A DNA stretch of 62,836 bases, filler included. It is 10 parts of 10 records of this genome, joined end to end, with 100 filler letters (N's around TTAATTAATTAA, not from the genome) between each part and the next. Parts side by side here need not be neighbours in the genome. Positions count along the whole stretch, not along the records: positions 27,348 to 32,503 come from SRR31156797_142312; positions 32,604 to 38,053 come from SRR31156797_142320; positions 38,154 to 43,522 come from SRR31156797_142382; 7 more parts are not named here. One strand, 5' to 3'. A program made the translations under genes and the position numbers. Numbering within the stretch: the stretch's first letter is position 1; each line of letters starts with the position of its first letter. Positions 30,763 through 40,633 of the stretch are shown here, piece after piece. The notes below the pieces were generated by a model. The model ran no database searches. It was not told where the DNA came from and saw only the letters and a list, made by a program, of their open reading frames with translations.

Positions 30763-31887
30763 CTATCGCCGGATGGTTCCGGCTTTCTTCTGTTTCCTGA
30801 CAGCTTCCCGCAGGACGGGATCCACTATCTGAATATCGGCCTGCTCGTATAGTTTTCTATATAGTTGTTGCATGGCGGTTTCGGTCAAGCGGTCGCGCAG
30901 GCTTCGCTGAGCTTCTGCACGCTTTTTCGCAAATTCTGCTCTATCCGCCTGCTGGATATTCTCCAGTTTGAGGATGTGGAACCAGCCGTCAATGATGATG
31001 GGATTGGAAATCTCGCCCGGTTGCATCGAAAACGCGGTTTCCCGCATCAGGGGGGGGACATCGAGGTCAGACGGGGTGAACGGGCGGAGCAGACCACCGT
31101 CGATAGCGGAGTTCGGATTTGCACTGTGCTGCTTTGCAAGGGCCTCGAAATCCTCTCCGTTTTCGAGTGATGCCTGTATTTTCTGAGCCTGACGCATACT
31201 TCCAACCTGGATGTGGCGAATCGTGGCTCTTTTTCCGTGCAGTCTTTCGAATTCCTGCCTGATCTGGGGTTCCGTAAATGAAATATCCGCCTGTACAAGG
31301 GCTCGCAGGCAGGCATTGCGTTCCATCGCGAGACGGTATTCTGCCTGCGAAATATTTCTCCTGTTGAGAATGTCGTTCAGGGTGGATTCGGCAGCTTCCC
31401 GGTCGAAGACTTCGGTGCCCGAAGCGAATTGTTTCAACGAGCGTTCGTATTCTTCATCGACATCGGTTTCCCGTACTCGGAGTTTTCGTTCATCTACCAT
31501 GCGTCTGGCGCTTGTATAGACGACAATCTGTTCGAGGATTCCTGGACCATTGCCGGCCAGGAGCAGGCTGACGACACGCTCGCGGGAAATGGGCTGTCCA
31601 TCCACATGCACGATGACATCCGACTGGACTGAAGGTGTTGTTGCCTTCGGTTTGTTCAGTGATGGCGGTGGTATATCCGGGTCGCCGGACGGGGCATCCT
31701 CGAAAGCGGACGACAGGGGCTTTGAATCCGATTGATTATCCTGTTGTGTGCACGCGGGCAGGCCGCAAGCGACTATCAGGGCTCCAACAAGAGCCATGGA
31801 GCGTTGAATATAGAGACGAATCGTGTCTTTGTGCATCTGCTTCAGTATCATTCTGATTCGTATATCCCGCATGGCAGCACCCGTCAA
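30763..31887 (-). CDS. PpiC/PrsA-type peptidyl-prolyl isomerase (start uncertain)
   Basis: RHIQV, GEDFEALAKQHS, GGLL, GEISNPI, FHILKL. Confidence 0.85.
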   Translation of the reverse strand: MTGAAMRDIRIRMILKQMHKDTIRLYIQRSMALVGALIVACGLPACTQQDNQSDSKPLSSAFEDAPSGDPDIPPPSLNKPKATTPSVQSDVIVHVDGQPISRERVVSLLLAGNGPGILEQIVVYTSARRMVDERKLRVRETDVDEEYERSLKQFASGTEVFDREAAESTLNDILNRRNISQAEYRLAMERNACLRALVQADISFTEPQIRQEFERLHGKRATIRHIQVGSMRQAQKIQASLENGEDFEALAKQHSANPNSAIDGGLLRPFTPSDLDVPPLMRETAFSMQPGEISNPIIIDGWFHILKLENIQQADRAEFAKKRAEAQRSLRDRLTETAMQQLYRKLYEQADIQIVDPVLREAVRKQKKAGTIRR

Positions 31888-31892
31888 TGAGC

Positions 31893-31925
31893 AAAAAAAG
31901 GCATGAGGCGAATCCTCATGCCCTT
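31893..31925 (-). terminator. Rho-independent terminator
   Basis: GGCATGAGG-ATTCG-CCTCATGCC followed by a T-tract on the minus strand. Confidence 0.75.
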
Positions 31926-31949
31926 GAAATCATGCTATTGAAGAGATTT

Positions 31950-32503
31950 TCAACGACTCTTTCGCGTCAGACCATAGTCCACAACGGACATGTTCATGTT
32001 GAGTGGACCATCGTCTCTCATGCTCTGGATCTGTAAATCGACGACCTGACCCGGAACGATCGATTTTCTGTAAATCGTTGCCTTGGTGATGGAACCCCAG
32101 TCACCATATTTCGTGGCGGATTTAATTTCCTGCACTTCGCAGGTCATCTGTCTTCCCTTGATCTTAAATGGCTTCGAAGGCAGATCATAAACCGTGGCTT
32201 CTGGATTGGTGAACGGATTTTCTTCCGGTTTGATCCAGGCGGATTCAACATACGTGTGAGTGCGGAACGGTGTTTGTTCGCCAGTCGAGGAGTAATCCCA
32301 TTCGAGAACGATCTGGTCTTCTGTTTTGGAAACCAGTTCGACTGTGACATTGACTTCGCTGGTTTCACCCCTGTAGGTTTGTTCCCCTTTCCAGCGTACC
32401 CAGGCTCCTTCGCGGAACGGCCCCCAGCGTTCATAGTCCGGGTTCTTCACCATGCCGACTCTTGAGGATGGCTTTTTCCGTTTATAGTCATCTGCCATAA
32501 CCA
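31950..32503 (-). CDS. Hypothetical protein, probably 5'-truncated
   Basis: 182-aa ORF reaching the contig edge and followed by a terminator. Confidence 0.6.
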
Positions 32504-32603
32504 NNNNNNNNNNNNNNNNNNNNNNNNNNNNNNNNNNNNNNNNNNNNTTAATTAATTAANNNNNNNNNNNNNNNNNNNNNNNNNNNNNNNNNNNNNNNNN
32601 NNN

Positions 32604-32739
32604 CAAGTGCGTTCAGAATCGATCCCGAATCCGGCTTTTCGCTCAATAGTTCCAGATAGGCTTTTTCTGCATCGGCAAGCCTGCCTTCCGCGTGGGCCAG
32701 AGCCGCTTGTTTGAAAATGTGTTCGCAGTCGTTTTTCAT
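32604..32739 (-). CDS. TPR protein, N-terminal fragment
   Basis: ALAHAEGRLADAEKAYLELLSEKPD TPR pattern. Confidence 0.65.
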
Positions 32740-32785
32740 CTGTTTTGATGGTTTAATCTATTGTTTTTGTTGTGAAATTAATATT

Positions 32786-33925
32786 TTAGTATACTTTTGC
32801 GATGTATCTCAGCTTTCCATTTTTTATCGCATTGACGATCACCGGACGGCGGGCCTTGCCTGTCGAATCGATGGAGATGTTGCCCAAAATTCCTTCGAAA
32901 TCGGTGGTCGATCGAATTTGACGGTTGATGCAGGCTTTGTTTGTCGCGGCGTCACATCGGTCCATTGCACTTATGAGAATCGACAAGCATTCAAGGCCTA
33001 TCGCCGCATAGCTGGTTCCCTGTCCCTTGTGTATTTTCCTCACCCGATCGAAGAAAGACGTTCCTCTGCTGTTGGTATGGAAAAAATCCGTTGCCAGCAA
33101 ACCGTCCAGCAAACCGATCTGGTCGTTGTACTGCGAGAACACCGTTGCGAGCAATCCGTCGCTGGCCATGAGCTTTGGTGTCCAACCCATCTCGTGGATC
33201 TTTTGGATGACGGCAATTGCGTCTTTAGCATCGACTGGCAGGTAGAGCAGTTCAGGATCCTTTTCCCTGATGGCTTTCATCATTTCGGAAAGGTCCGGGT
33301 TCTCCTCGGTAAGAACAATCTGGTCCGTGATCTCACCGTTGACCGCAATGAACCCGCGGATAAATTCGGTTGCCAAGTCACGCGAATAATAGCTGCTCGC
33401 GGATATGAAAACCGCCACTTTGTCTACCAGCAGTTCGTCCCGGATAAAAAGCGCAGCGACCTGTCCCTGAAGGGCATTGTCAAAGCAGGCCTGGCTGACA
33501 TACGCGCTGTTTTTCGTGATGTCTGAATGTGTCGCCAAACCCGCCAGAATAGGGGTTTGATATCTGTCGGCGATACGATCCATGGCCAGCACCGGGCCAC
33601 TGCTGGACAGTGTCAGCACGGCGGTTACCTTGTCGGTTTCAATCAGTTCCTCCAGTGCCCTGATCGATTTTGCAGGATCATCCTGATCGTCCTTTAAGAC
33701 AATTTCGATGCGATCGCCATTGGCCAGCATCGACTGCATTTTTAGTGCTATCTGGGCCCCTTTCAGTCCCTCTTTTCCTTTGGAAAAATCGGAACCGCTG
33801 AAAGGAGCGATGACGCCGATCTTGATCACCTCTCCGCTGGGCTCTATTTTGGCGACCTGTTGTTCACACCCGACACACAAGACAACAAAAGCGGCAAAAC
33901 AGATAAAAATTCGTTTTTGATTCAT
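32786..33925 (-). CDS. LIV-type periplasmic substrate-binding lipoprotein
   Basis: Lipobox CVGC; IKIGVIAPFSG; FEGILGNISID. Confidence 0.85.
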   Translation of the reverse strand: MNQKRIFICFAAFVVLCVGCEQQVAKIEPSGEVIKIGVIAPFSGSDFSKGKEGLKGAQIALKMQSMLANGDRIEIVLKDDQDDPAKSIRALEELIETDKVTAVLTLSSSGPVLAMDRIADRYQTPILAGLATHSDITKNSAYVSQACFDNALQGQVAALFIRDELLVDKVAVFISASSYYSRDLATEFIRGFIAVNGEITDQIVLTEENPDLSEMMKAIREKDPELLYLPVDAKDAIAVIQKIHEMGWTPKLMASDGLLATVFSQYNDQIGLLDGLLATDFFHTNSRGTSFFDRVRKIHKGQGTSYAAIGLECLSILISAMDRCDAATNKACINRQIRSTTDFEGILGNISIDSTGKARRPVIVNAIKNGKLRYIAKVY

Positions 33926-33932
33926 GGAATCC

Positions 33933-35849
33933 TCATGGGATGTAAACGGTATTCATCCGGATGACCAACTTTCCGGGGAAATAGGTCTCCACCCTTTTTT
34001 TAAATTCGTTCAGGTCGGAACGATTCAACAAATCCCTCACGACAACATTCATGACGACGACTTTCTTATCACCCTGCCTACGAAGGTCAGCCTTTTCCAC
34101 GATCACATACTTATCGTTGATCAGAAAGCGCTCCTTCTGCCAGGCTTTTTCGATGACACGATCCTCCACGATCCGGCTGTAGGAGGCATAAAGGGGGATC
34201 GCGATCAAAAACAGCAGGCAGGCAACGATGCTGAGACTCCGCTTGCTACGAATTACCGCTGAAAAACCGAGCACGCGGAAGGTGAGGGTCGCTGCGAAGG
34301 TGATACCGATCAAATTGGTTGAAAAAAGTAAAAACGCCTGGAAGAAGAAATGAAAATCCCCCCGGCCGATGCCGGTTCCGGCGACTGCCAAAGGCGGAAC
34401 CAGGGCTACGGCAATGGCCACGCCGGCCAAACTTTGAATGATCTCTTTGTAGGATTTGGAGTACGCAGCCGCAATGCCGGAGATGATGGCAACGGCCATA
34501 TCCAGAAGGGTTGGGTTCAAACGGGCCTGCATTTCACGCGTAACCGGTTTGTGCGGAAAAAGCAGGGTGACCACCGTAGAGGCGAGAAGGGCAATGGCGA
34601 TGCCGATGCCGATTTTAGCAAGGGATTTTGCGGCCATCTTCTCTTCGCCTCTCAATAACCCCATGGCCATGGAAACAATGGGCGCCATCAAGGGGGCCAG
34701 CAGCATGGCGCCAATGATGACCGAAGCGCTGTCCAGGTAAAGACCGGCGGTTGCCAGCATGGTACTCAGGACCATTAAAATCAAATAGAGGTTGTTGATT
34801 TCGGCGTCTTCTCGCAGGGTTGAAAAAAGATCACGGAACCGTTCTTCCGAAGCATAGGAGAAAATGGGAATCGTTCTTCTCCTCTGCGCTTTGATCAGTT
34901 CTTTTCCCCGTGGGAGATGATTGATTTCAATACGCTCTTTTTCCGGGTCGATCGTGGTGCAATCAAACGCCACCTCCTTGCCCGCATTGATTTTTACGGC
35001 AGCGGGCCTCGCTTCACAATGGATGGGGGTTTGGGTCTGCTTTTCTCCATCGATGAAGACATCCAGTTCCGTCTCCGGTTCGATTTCGATCGCAGGCGTT
35101 TTCATATAGCCGATGGCACTGGGCAGCTTTTGTCTGTTCAGGGTGGGGGAGAGCAATCGAAAAAGAAATTTTGCGTATTCGGCAACCGAGATGGGGGCGG
35201 AAACGACGGTGGAGACAGAGCCGTCGGCAACACAGCTGTCCCCTGCGATCATGCGTGCGGCCATGCTCCCTTTGTGGTGGTGCAGAATCATACATCCGCT
35301 GGCGGCAGTGATGATCGTTCGACCGCTTGGTGTGCTGAATTTGAATTTCAACAATTCCACATTGAAAAGCTGGCGGATGGCATCCAAAAAGAGCCTGCTT
35401 CTGCTCACATCGGATGTCCTGTCCAAAAGCGGCATTCGACCCACTGTCGCCTTGAACAGTACAATGTTATCGTTGCACAATACCAGGTCCATCACCATGG
35501 GCTCGGCCCGCAAAGCCAGATCGACAGCATCCTCAACGGCTTTGGGCAGGTCGTAAAATCGTGAGAGATCTTTCTGGTTTGCCGTGGGGATGATTCCCAC
35601 ACTGATGCCTGTATTCATGGAAAGTTTCAATACGGCTTTGATGGTTGTAAGGGGACCGGCGACGACCACATGGCTAAGATCCCCTGTCGAGTGATTTTTG
35701 TCGGCCACAAGGTCGTCGATCAGAATCGGTGTAACCCTTGGTTTGCTGTCGTGGTTGCGCAACCGGTCGACGAGTTGTTGCGTCTCTTTGGTATGGACGA
35801 ACAGCGTGGAGGAGACATAAGGATTCATTCTGGTCCTTCCTTGATTCAT
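33933..35849 (-). CDS. TIGR00341/DUF389 membrane protein with an N-terminal diacylglycerol-kinase-like region
   Basis: SVIIGAMLLAPLMAP, GVAIAVALVPPL; N-terminal VGIIP and IDGE. Confidence 0.8.
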   Translation of the reverse strand: MNQGRTRMNPYVSSTLFVHTKETQQLVDRLRNHDSKPRVTPILIDDLVADKNHSTGDLSHVVVAGPLTTIKAVLKLSMNTGISVGIIPTANQKDLSRFYDLPKAVEDAVDLALRAEPMVMDLVLCNDNIVLFKATVGRMPLLDRTSDVSRSRLFLDAIRQLFNVELLKFKFSTPSGRTIITAASGCMILHHHKGSMAARMIAGDSCVADGSVSTVVSAPISVAEYAKFLFRLLSPTLNRQKLPSAIGYMKTPAIEIEPETELDVFIDGEKQTQTPIHCEARPAAVKINAGKEVAFDCTTIDPEKERIEINHLPRGKELIKAQRRRTIPIFSYASEERFRDLFSTLREDAEINNLYLILMVLSTMLATAGLYLDSASVIIGAMLLAPLMAPIVSMAMGLLRGEEKMAAKSLAKIGIGIAIALLASTVVTLLFPHKPVTREMQARLNPTLLDMAVAIISGIAAAYSKSYKEIIQSLAGVAIAVALVPPLAVAGTGIGRGDFHFFFQAFLLFSTNLIGITFAATLTFRVLGFSAVIRSKRSLSIVACLLFLIAIPLYASYSRIVEDRVIEKAWQKERFLINDKYVIVEKADLRRQGDKKVVVMNVVVRDLLNRSDLNEFKKRVETYFPGKLVIRMNTVYIP

Positions 35850-36946
35850 GTTAAATCCTTCTTTGGGCCTGACGGGTTCTCTTTTTTTCGGAACCGCTCC
35901 ATTAGCTTGAATGCCAGGATCAGGTAGATGGCTGCGAGCGTAATGTGTCCGACCCGGATGAGAAATTTAAAACCGGCTGTATCACTGCCCGGTGCCGTGC
36001 TCTGGCCGATCAACAGCAGGAGATTGGAAAAAGCCATGCCGTAAAAGGGTGCCATTTTGTGGTTCGAGAAATTGGACCTGGCAAAAACAAGGCTTCCCAG
36101 TAGCGTCAGAAGGATGAGAAAACCATAGGAGGGTGCGGCCAGGAGCAAATAGTAGAAAACAACTGCGGCGATGCCTCCCAGTATATTGCCCACAAGCATG
36201 GCCGCGCCCGCTTTGGCGCCGGCAGCGGAACTGGCCGCCTGGGCCATGAGGGCTACGAATACCATCATGAGCAGCTTGTCGGCCATGTTGAACGTATAGA
36301 TCACAGTTACGAGTGGGCCGACGGCCAGTGTGCTCAACCAGGCGGTGCGCACACGTTCGGCTTCGGGCAACCCTGGTTGTTTTGGGGGGGGCGTAGATGC
36401 CGATGCACCCAGTTGCGGTGATGCCAGCGTATCCGGGATCAGCACCTGGGCCAGCCAGGTCAGCACGACGGCGGCCACACCGCCCGCAATCAAATAGCCG
36501 ACAATCGCAATCGATAAACCGAACGACTGCAACCCCAGCAGGGGAACCACAATGAGGCCTACCATCATCCATAAAAAAAGGTTGGGGGAGATGCCGCCGG
36601 TGTTCGCGTAGAAAAGGAGAAAAAGGAGTACCCACAGGACCCCGACGAAGAGCAGGGGGTACCGCAACAAGGAGAGACTGAAGACAACACCGAACAGGCA
36701 CCCGCAAACGAGTGAGAAAATGACGTCCCATCCAGATGCGAGTGTGAGGCCCGCCAAAGGTGTTCGCAAGAAATTCCAGACCAGAACCGGCAGCAGAAAT
36801 GCCATTGGCCAGGCAATACCGAAAGAAATGGCCACGGCCAGGGTCGTTCCGATCGCCAGACGAAGGGTATGGACCGCCTTCAGATCCCAATCGCGACGTT
36901 GGTCGTTGACGGATGGTACAATGGCCGACGATGATTTAGTACGCAT
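35846..36946 (-). CDS. DUF2955-like (FUSC-related) inner membrane protein
   Basis: LRLAIGTTLA...W; about 10 TM segments; paired with HlyD. Confidence 0.7.
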   Translation of the reverse strand: MRTKSSSAIVPSVNDQRRDWDLKAVHTLRLAIGTTLAVAISFGIAWPMAFLLPVLVWNFLRTPLAGLTLASGWDVIFSLVCGCLFGVVFSLSLLRYPLLFVGVLWVLLFLLFYANTGGISPNLFLWMMVGLIVVPLLGLQSFGLSIAIVGYLIAGGVAAVVLTWLAQVLIPDTLASPQLGASASTPPPKQPGLPEAERVRTAWLSTLAVGPLVTVIYTFNMADKLLMMVFVALMAQAASSAAGAKAGAAMLVGNILGGIAAVVFYYLLLAAPSYGFLILLTLLGSLVFARSNFSNHKMAPFYGMAFSNLLLLIGQSTAPGSDTAGFKFLIRVGHITLAAIYLILAFKLMERFRKKENPSGPKKDLT

Positions 36947-38053
36947 AAGAAAGTAGACTCAAAATACGCATCCAAACCCGACCCAGCGCATTTAAAACCG
37001 GATGTTCACCGGTAAAGATGGTCACGGTAACCCGGCCCCCGGGGCGACGGAAGCTCTTGGCCTGGTCGTCAGCGAATTTGATGATGACCGGAAACCGTTT
37101 GGCGTTGCTCAGCCATCCACCAATGGGGACTGCCGTTGGCAAGGTTCCCAAGGAACCGCTGGAATCCGAGCTGATCCCCCAGCCGATACTGGAAATTTCT
37201 CCCCGATAGACCCTTCCAGGTGCAGAATCCAGGAGAATTTCTACCGCATCCCCCACGTCGATGTACTCAATCCCGTTTTCACGGATGTCCGCCCGGATCC
37301 AAATGTCCGTGCTCGAGACATAGGTCATAAGCGGTTGTCCGGGGCTGGCATATTGACCTTCATCGATGCGAAGATCCGTAATTCCCCCAATTCCGGGCGA
37401 TCGAACAATCGTGCGCTCCAGATCAAGCTTGGCTTTTTCGAGAGCGGCAAGCGCAGATCTGATCTTGGTGTTCTCGTCGCCCGTCTTTCCAAGCTGCTCC
37501 TCAGCCCTGGCCAGATCCGCCTCGGCAGCCGACACCCGACTGACAGCCACCTCCACGTTGGTTTTTCGATTGGTAAGCTCGAATTTGGACACCGCCCCCG
37601 GATCTTTTTCGTAAATGCTTTCAACCAGCGCATAATTCTCCCTGGCCTGTTTCAACTTTGCCTTGGCATTGACCAGCGATGCCTGGGCAGCCTCAACAGA
37701 CGCCGTGTCAGCGCCGGCGGATTGACCGGCCTGTTCGAGCGCCGCCTCTGCGTTGGCCACAGCCAATTCGTATTGGCTGCGGTCGATCTGCAATAGTGCC
37801 TGCCCATCCGAAACCACCTCGTTGTTCGACACCATCACTGCGGTGACGATCCCTGAGACCTGGGGCGCGATCGGTACGATGTAAGCATGGATCTGTGCCT
37901 GTCCGGTTGAAGGGAGATAACGGTCCGAGAGAATATGCCATATGAAGACAAACAAGCATATCGGCAAAACGACCAGGAACAGCTTGCGGACGGGGTCCAT
38001 CTTCTTTTTTCGTTGTTCAGGCGTTTCCGGTTCCTGGAGGCCGTCTGCGGTTT
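36936..38053 (-). CDS. HlyD/EmrA family membrane fusion protein, probably 5'-truncated
   Basis: IAPQVSG, LLQID, coiled coil, RFPV; frame open upstream of ATG 38000. Confidence 0.88.
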
Positions 38054-38174
38054 NNNNNNNNNNNNNNNNNNNNNNNNNNNNNNNNNNNNNNNNNNNNTTA
38101 ATTAATTAANNNNNNNNNNNNNNNNNNNNNNNNNNNNNNNNNNNNNNNNNNNNCAAGATTCATTATTAAACAAT

Positions 38175-38213
38175 AAAAAAAGGCCATTCTCTGTAACAAG
38201 AGAATGGCCTTTT
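38175..38213 (-). terminator. Attenuator terminator upstream of a truncated gene starting at ATG 38163
   Basis: AAAAGGCCATTCTCT-TGTTAC-AGAGAATGGCCTTTTTTT. Confidence 0.85.
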
Positions 38214-38239
38214 AAATATCATCGTTATCCATACTCTTG

Positions 38240-38299
38240 TCAGGTTATCGCTGCTGCGACAACTGCTGCAAGAATAATATGGATAAAATTTGTCATCAT
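38240..38299 (-). CDS. Putative attenuator leader peptide MMTNFIHIILAAVVAAAIT
   Basis: 19-aa ORF rich in Ile/Leu/Val/Ala, with mutually exclusive hairpins and a terminator downstream. Confidence 0.7.
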   Translation of the reverse strand: MMTNFIHIILAAVVAAAIT

Positions 38300-38618
38300 C
38301 TGGAAACAAAGAAAGGAATAATTTGGTGGGTTGATACTTTTTAGTCTGCAGAATTAATATTTGTTTAGATTGGAACTAAAAGCATCCTTCCTCATTTCTG
38401 GGAATAGGTATTTTGGGTTTTCTAAGTGGTAATAATTCTTCAAAAAAAAGTGTGTAGAGTGTTAAATCTTTTGAGTTTTAAGGTTGTTAAATATTCCTCA
38501 AATTCTTCCAATAGCAAATGGATTAAATAAAGATGACCATTACTATTCGTAAATTTACTGAAAATGAAAAGGACCATAATACCTAATATGAATCAATAAT
38601 TGAAATATTGTTTAGCGC

Positions 38619-39083
38619 ATGAAACAAATAAAAAAGATTGCAGAAAATAAGAACTACACTGCCGTAAACTTTGGCGGTTTAGAGGCTGTAAAGTCCTATT
38701 CCTTAATTCATCCGAAAACAGGGAAAGAGGTTCGGGGAAAAGTTTTTTTAAAAGAACTAACGGGTGCTACCGGTACCGAGATTTCGTTTACTACCATTCC
38801 GCCACAATCGGAGTTGGGCTATTTTCATTTTCATAATAAAGATGAAGAAACCTACATCGTATTAAAAGGCAAAGGAATTTACCAGGTGGATGATGATTGT
38901 TTCCCAATTGAAGAGGGGAGTGTGATCAGGGTGGCTCCGGAGGGCGTTCGAAGCCTTTGTAATACTTCCGATGAAGAGTTGGTGTATATATGCGTACAAT
39001 CAAAAATGAATTCGCTAGAAGAACATACCACCGATGATGGTAAACGAATAGAAACTAACTCAAAATTGAAAAACTGCGAATAA
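38619..39083 (+). CDS. Cupin domain protein
   Basis: FHFHNKDEETY, EGSVIRVAP. Confidence 0.85.
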   Translation: MKQIKKIAENKNYTAVNFGGLEAVKSYSLIHPKTGKEVRGKVFLKELTGATGTEISFTTIPPQSELGYFHFHNKDEETYIVLKGKGIYQVDDDCFPIEEGSVIRVAPEGVRSLCNTSDEELVYICVQSKMNSLEEHTTDDGKRIETNSKLKNCE

Positions 39084-39122
39084 ACAGGAAAGTTTGTAGG
39101 CATTGTACAAAAGAAGCCGATC

Positions 39123-39926
39123 ATGCAAATAGGGAAAGTAACTTATGCTGATTTAAGCCACGTTAAAAAATTACAACCTGAAGGTTGGGCAGATATTTCC
39201 GGAAACTTTATCAGGTATTTAAACTACGATTTTTGTTATCCGGTAAAGGCAACAATCGATAAGCAGATTGTGGGGCTGGGCTGTTCCATTTTGTTTAAAA
39301 ACTCGGCATGGATTGCGCATATTATTGTAGATCCGAATTATAGAAACAGGGGAATAGGGGCAGAGATTGTGAATTACCTGATTGAGTTGATAAAGCAAAT
39401 GGATATCTATTCCATTTCTTTGATTGCAACAGCTATGGGTGAGCCCGTTTATAAAAAAACAGGTTTTGAAGTCATTTCAGATTATGTTTATCTAAATCGA
39501 AAATCAAGCTGGGTGATTAATAAGGTAGCAGAAAGTATTGTTCCATATTCTTCAGGGTATTACCAACAATTGATCGATCTGGACTTCTTAATATCAGGAG
39601 AGAACAGAGAAAAATTGATAAAAAAGTACATTGACAATGCTTTACTATATGTAGATAAAAATTCGGTAAAAGGATATTATTTGCCGTTTTTGGGTGAGGG
39701 GGCTATTTATGCCCGAAATTCAACTGCAGGTACAGAGCTAATGAAAGTGAAGTATTCGGTGATCGACAAAGCTGTTTTGCCTTTGGAAAATAGGACTGCA
39801 ATTGATTTTCTGAAACAAAATGGTTTTGAAGAGGGAGGAACAAATGGAAAACGAATGATATTGGGCGAAAAGCTGAACTGGAATCCCGAATGTATGTTTA
39901 GCCGAATTGGTGGGAATTATGGTTAG
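39123..39926 (+). CDS. GNAT family N-acetyltransferase
   Basis: IIVDPNYRNRGIG, LIAT..G..VYKKTGF. Confidence 0.88.
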   Translation: MQIGKVTYADLSHVKKLQPEGWADISGNFIRYLNYDFCYPVKATIDKQIVGLGCSILFKNSAWIAHIIVDPNYRNRGIGAEIVNYLIELIKQMDIYSISLIATAMGEPVYKKTGFEVISDYVYLNRKSSWVINKVAESIVPYSSGYYQQLIDLDFLISGENREKLIKKYIDNALLYVDKNSVKGYYLPFLGEGAIYARNSTAGTELMKVKYSVIDKAVLPLENRTAIDFLKQNGFEEGGTNGKRMILGEKLNWNPECMFSRIGGNYG

Positions 39927-40125
39927 GATTTTACGACAAGTTTATGGTTTGTTGTTTGTGTTAACACATACCTGGTGCGAAATTTTGTCGTATAGGATTT
40001 TTGTATGTTTTAAAAATGCATTCACTTCCCTGGTCCGTTTCTCCCGGAAGATATTGCTATTCTGCGGGCTAGCCATTTTGTAAGATTGCTTTTTCGAAAG
40101 TAAATCGGAAATTTCACCATATAAT

Positions 40126-40220
40126 TACAATCATAGTTGTATAATTATAAATATAGTTATAGATTTGTCCGTCGATAACTAAAAAGGTTTTCTGTATTCT
40201 TACAGTTGTTAATAATGTAA
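40126..40220. promoter_or_regulatory. Possible BlaI-type operator palindromes
   Basis: TACAA-N6-TTGTA (40126-40141) and TTACA-N11-TGTAA (40200-40220) upstream of blaI; the region is AT-rich, so chance matches are possible. Confidence 0.3.
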
Positions 40221-40249
40221 CAAACGATAAAACTGATATTTGTAGATAT

Positions 40250-40633
40250 ATGAGGGAGTTAACAAAAGCTGAAGAGCAAATAATGAGGTACTTGTGGGAA
40301 CTTGATGAAGCATTTTTAAAAGATATTGTAGATAAGTTTCCCGAACCCAAACCGGCATATACCACGGTGCAAACTGTTGTTCGGGTGCTCACAAAAAAGA
40401 AGTTTATTGGATTCGAAACATTTGGAAAAACGAATCGATACTATCCTTTAATTGCAAAAGATGACTATTTCAGAGGTCACATAAAGGGGGTAGTTAAAAA
40501 TTTCTTTAATGATTCGGCGAGCAATTTTGCTTCTTTTTTTACTGATGATAAGGATCTGAGTATTTCGGAACTGGAAGAAATGAGAGAGTTGATTGAGTCA
40601 AAAATTAATAAACTCAGAGCGAATAATGATTGA
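40250..40633 (+). CDS. BlaI/MecI/CopY family repressor
   Basis: LTKAEEQIMRYLW, PAYTTV, YYPLI. Confidence 0.92.
   Translation: MRELTKAEEQIMRYLWELDEAFLKDIVDKFPEPKPAYTTVQTVVRVLTKKKFIGFETFGKTNRYYPLIAKDDYFRGHIKGVVKNFFNDSASNFASFFTDDKDLSISELEEMRELIESKINKLRANND

Noticed and set aside
38220-38290. Possible riboswitch (TTATC...GATAA) on the plus strand
   Set aside because: Better explained as the 1:2 hairpin of the minus-strand leader-peptide attenuator; SAM-I core motifs are absent.
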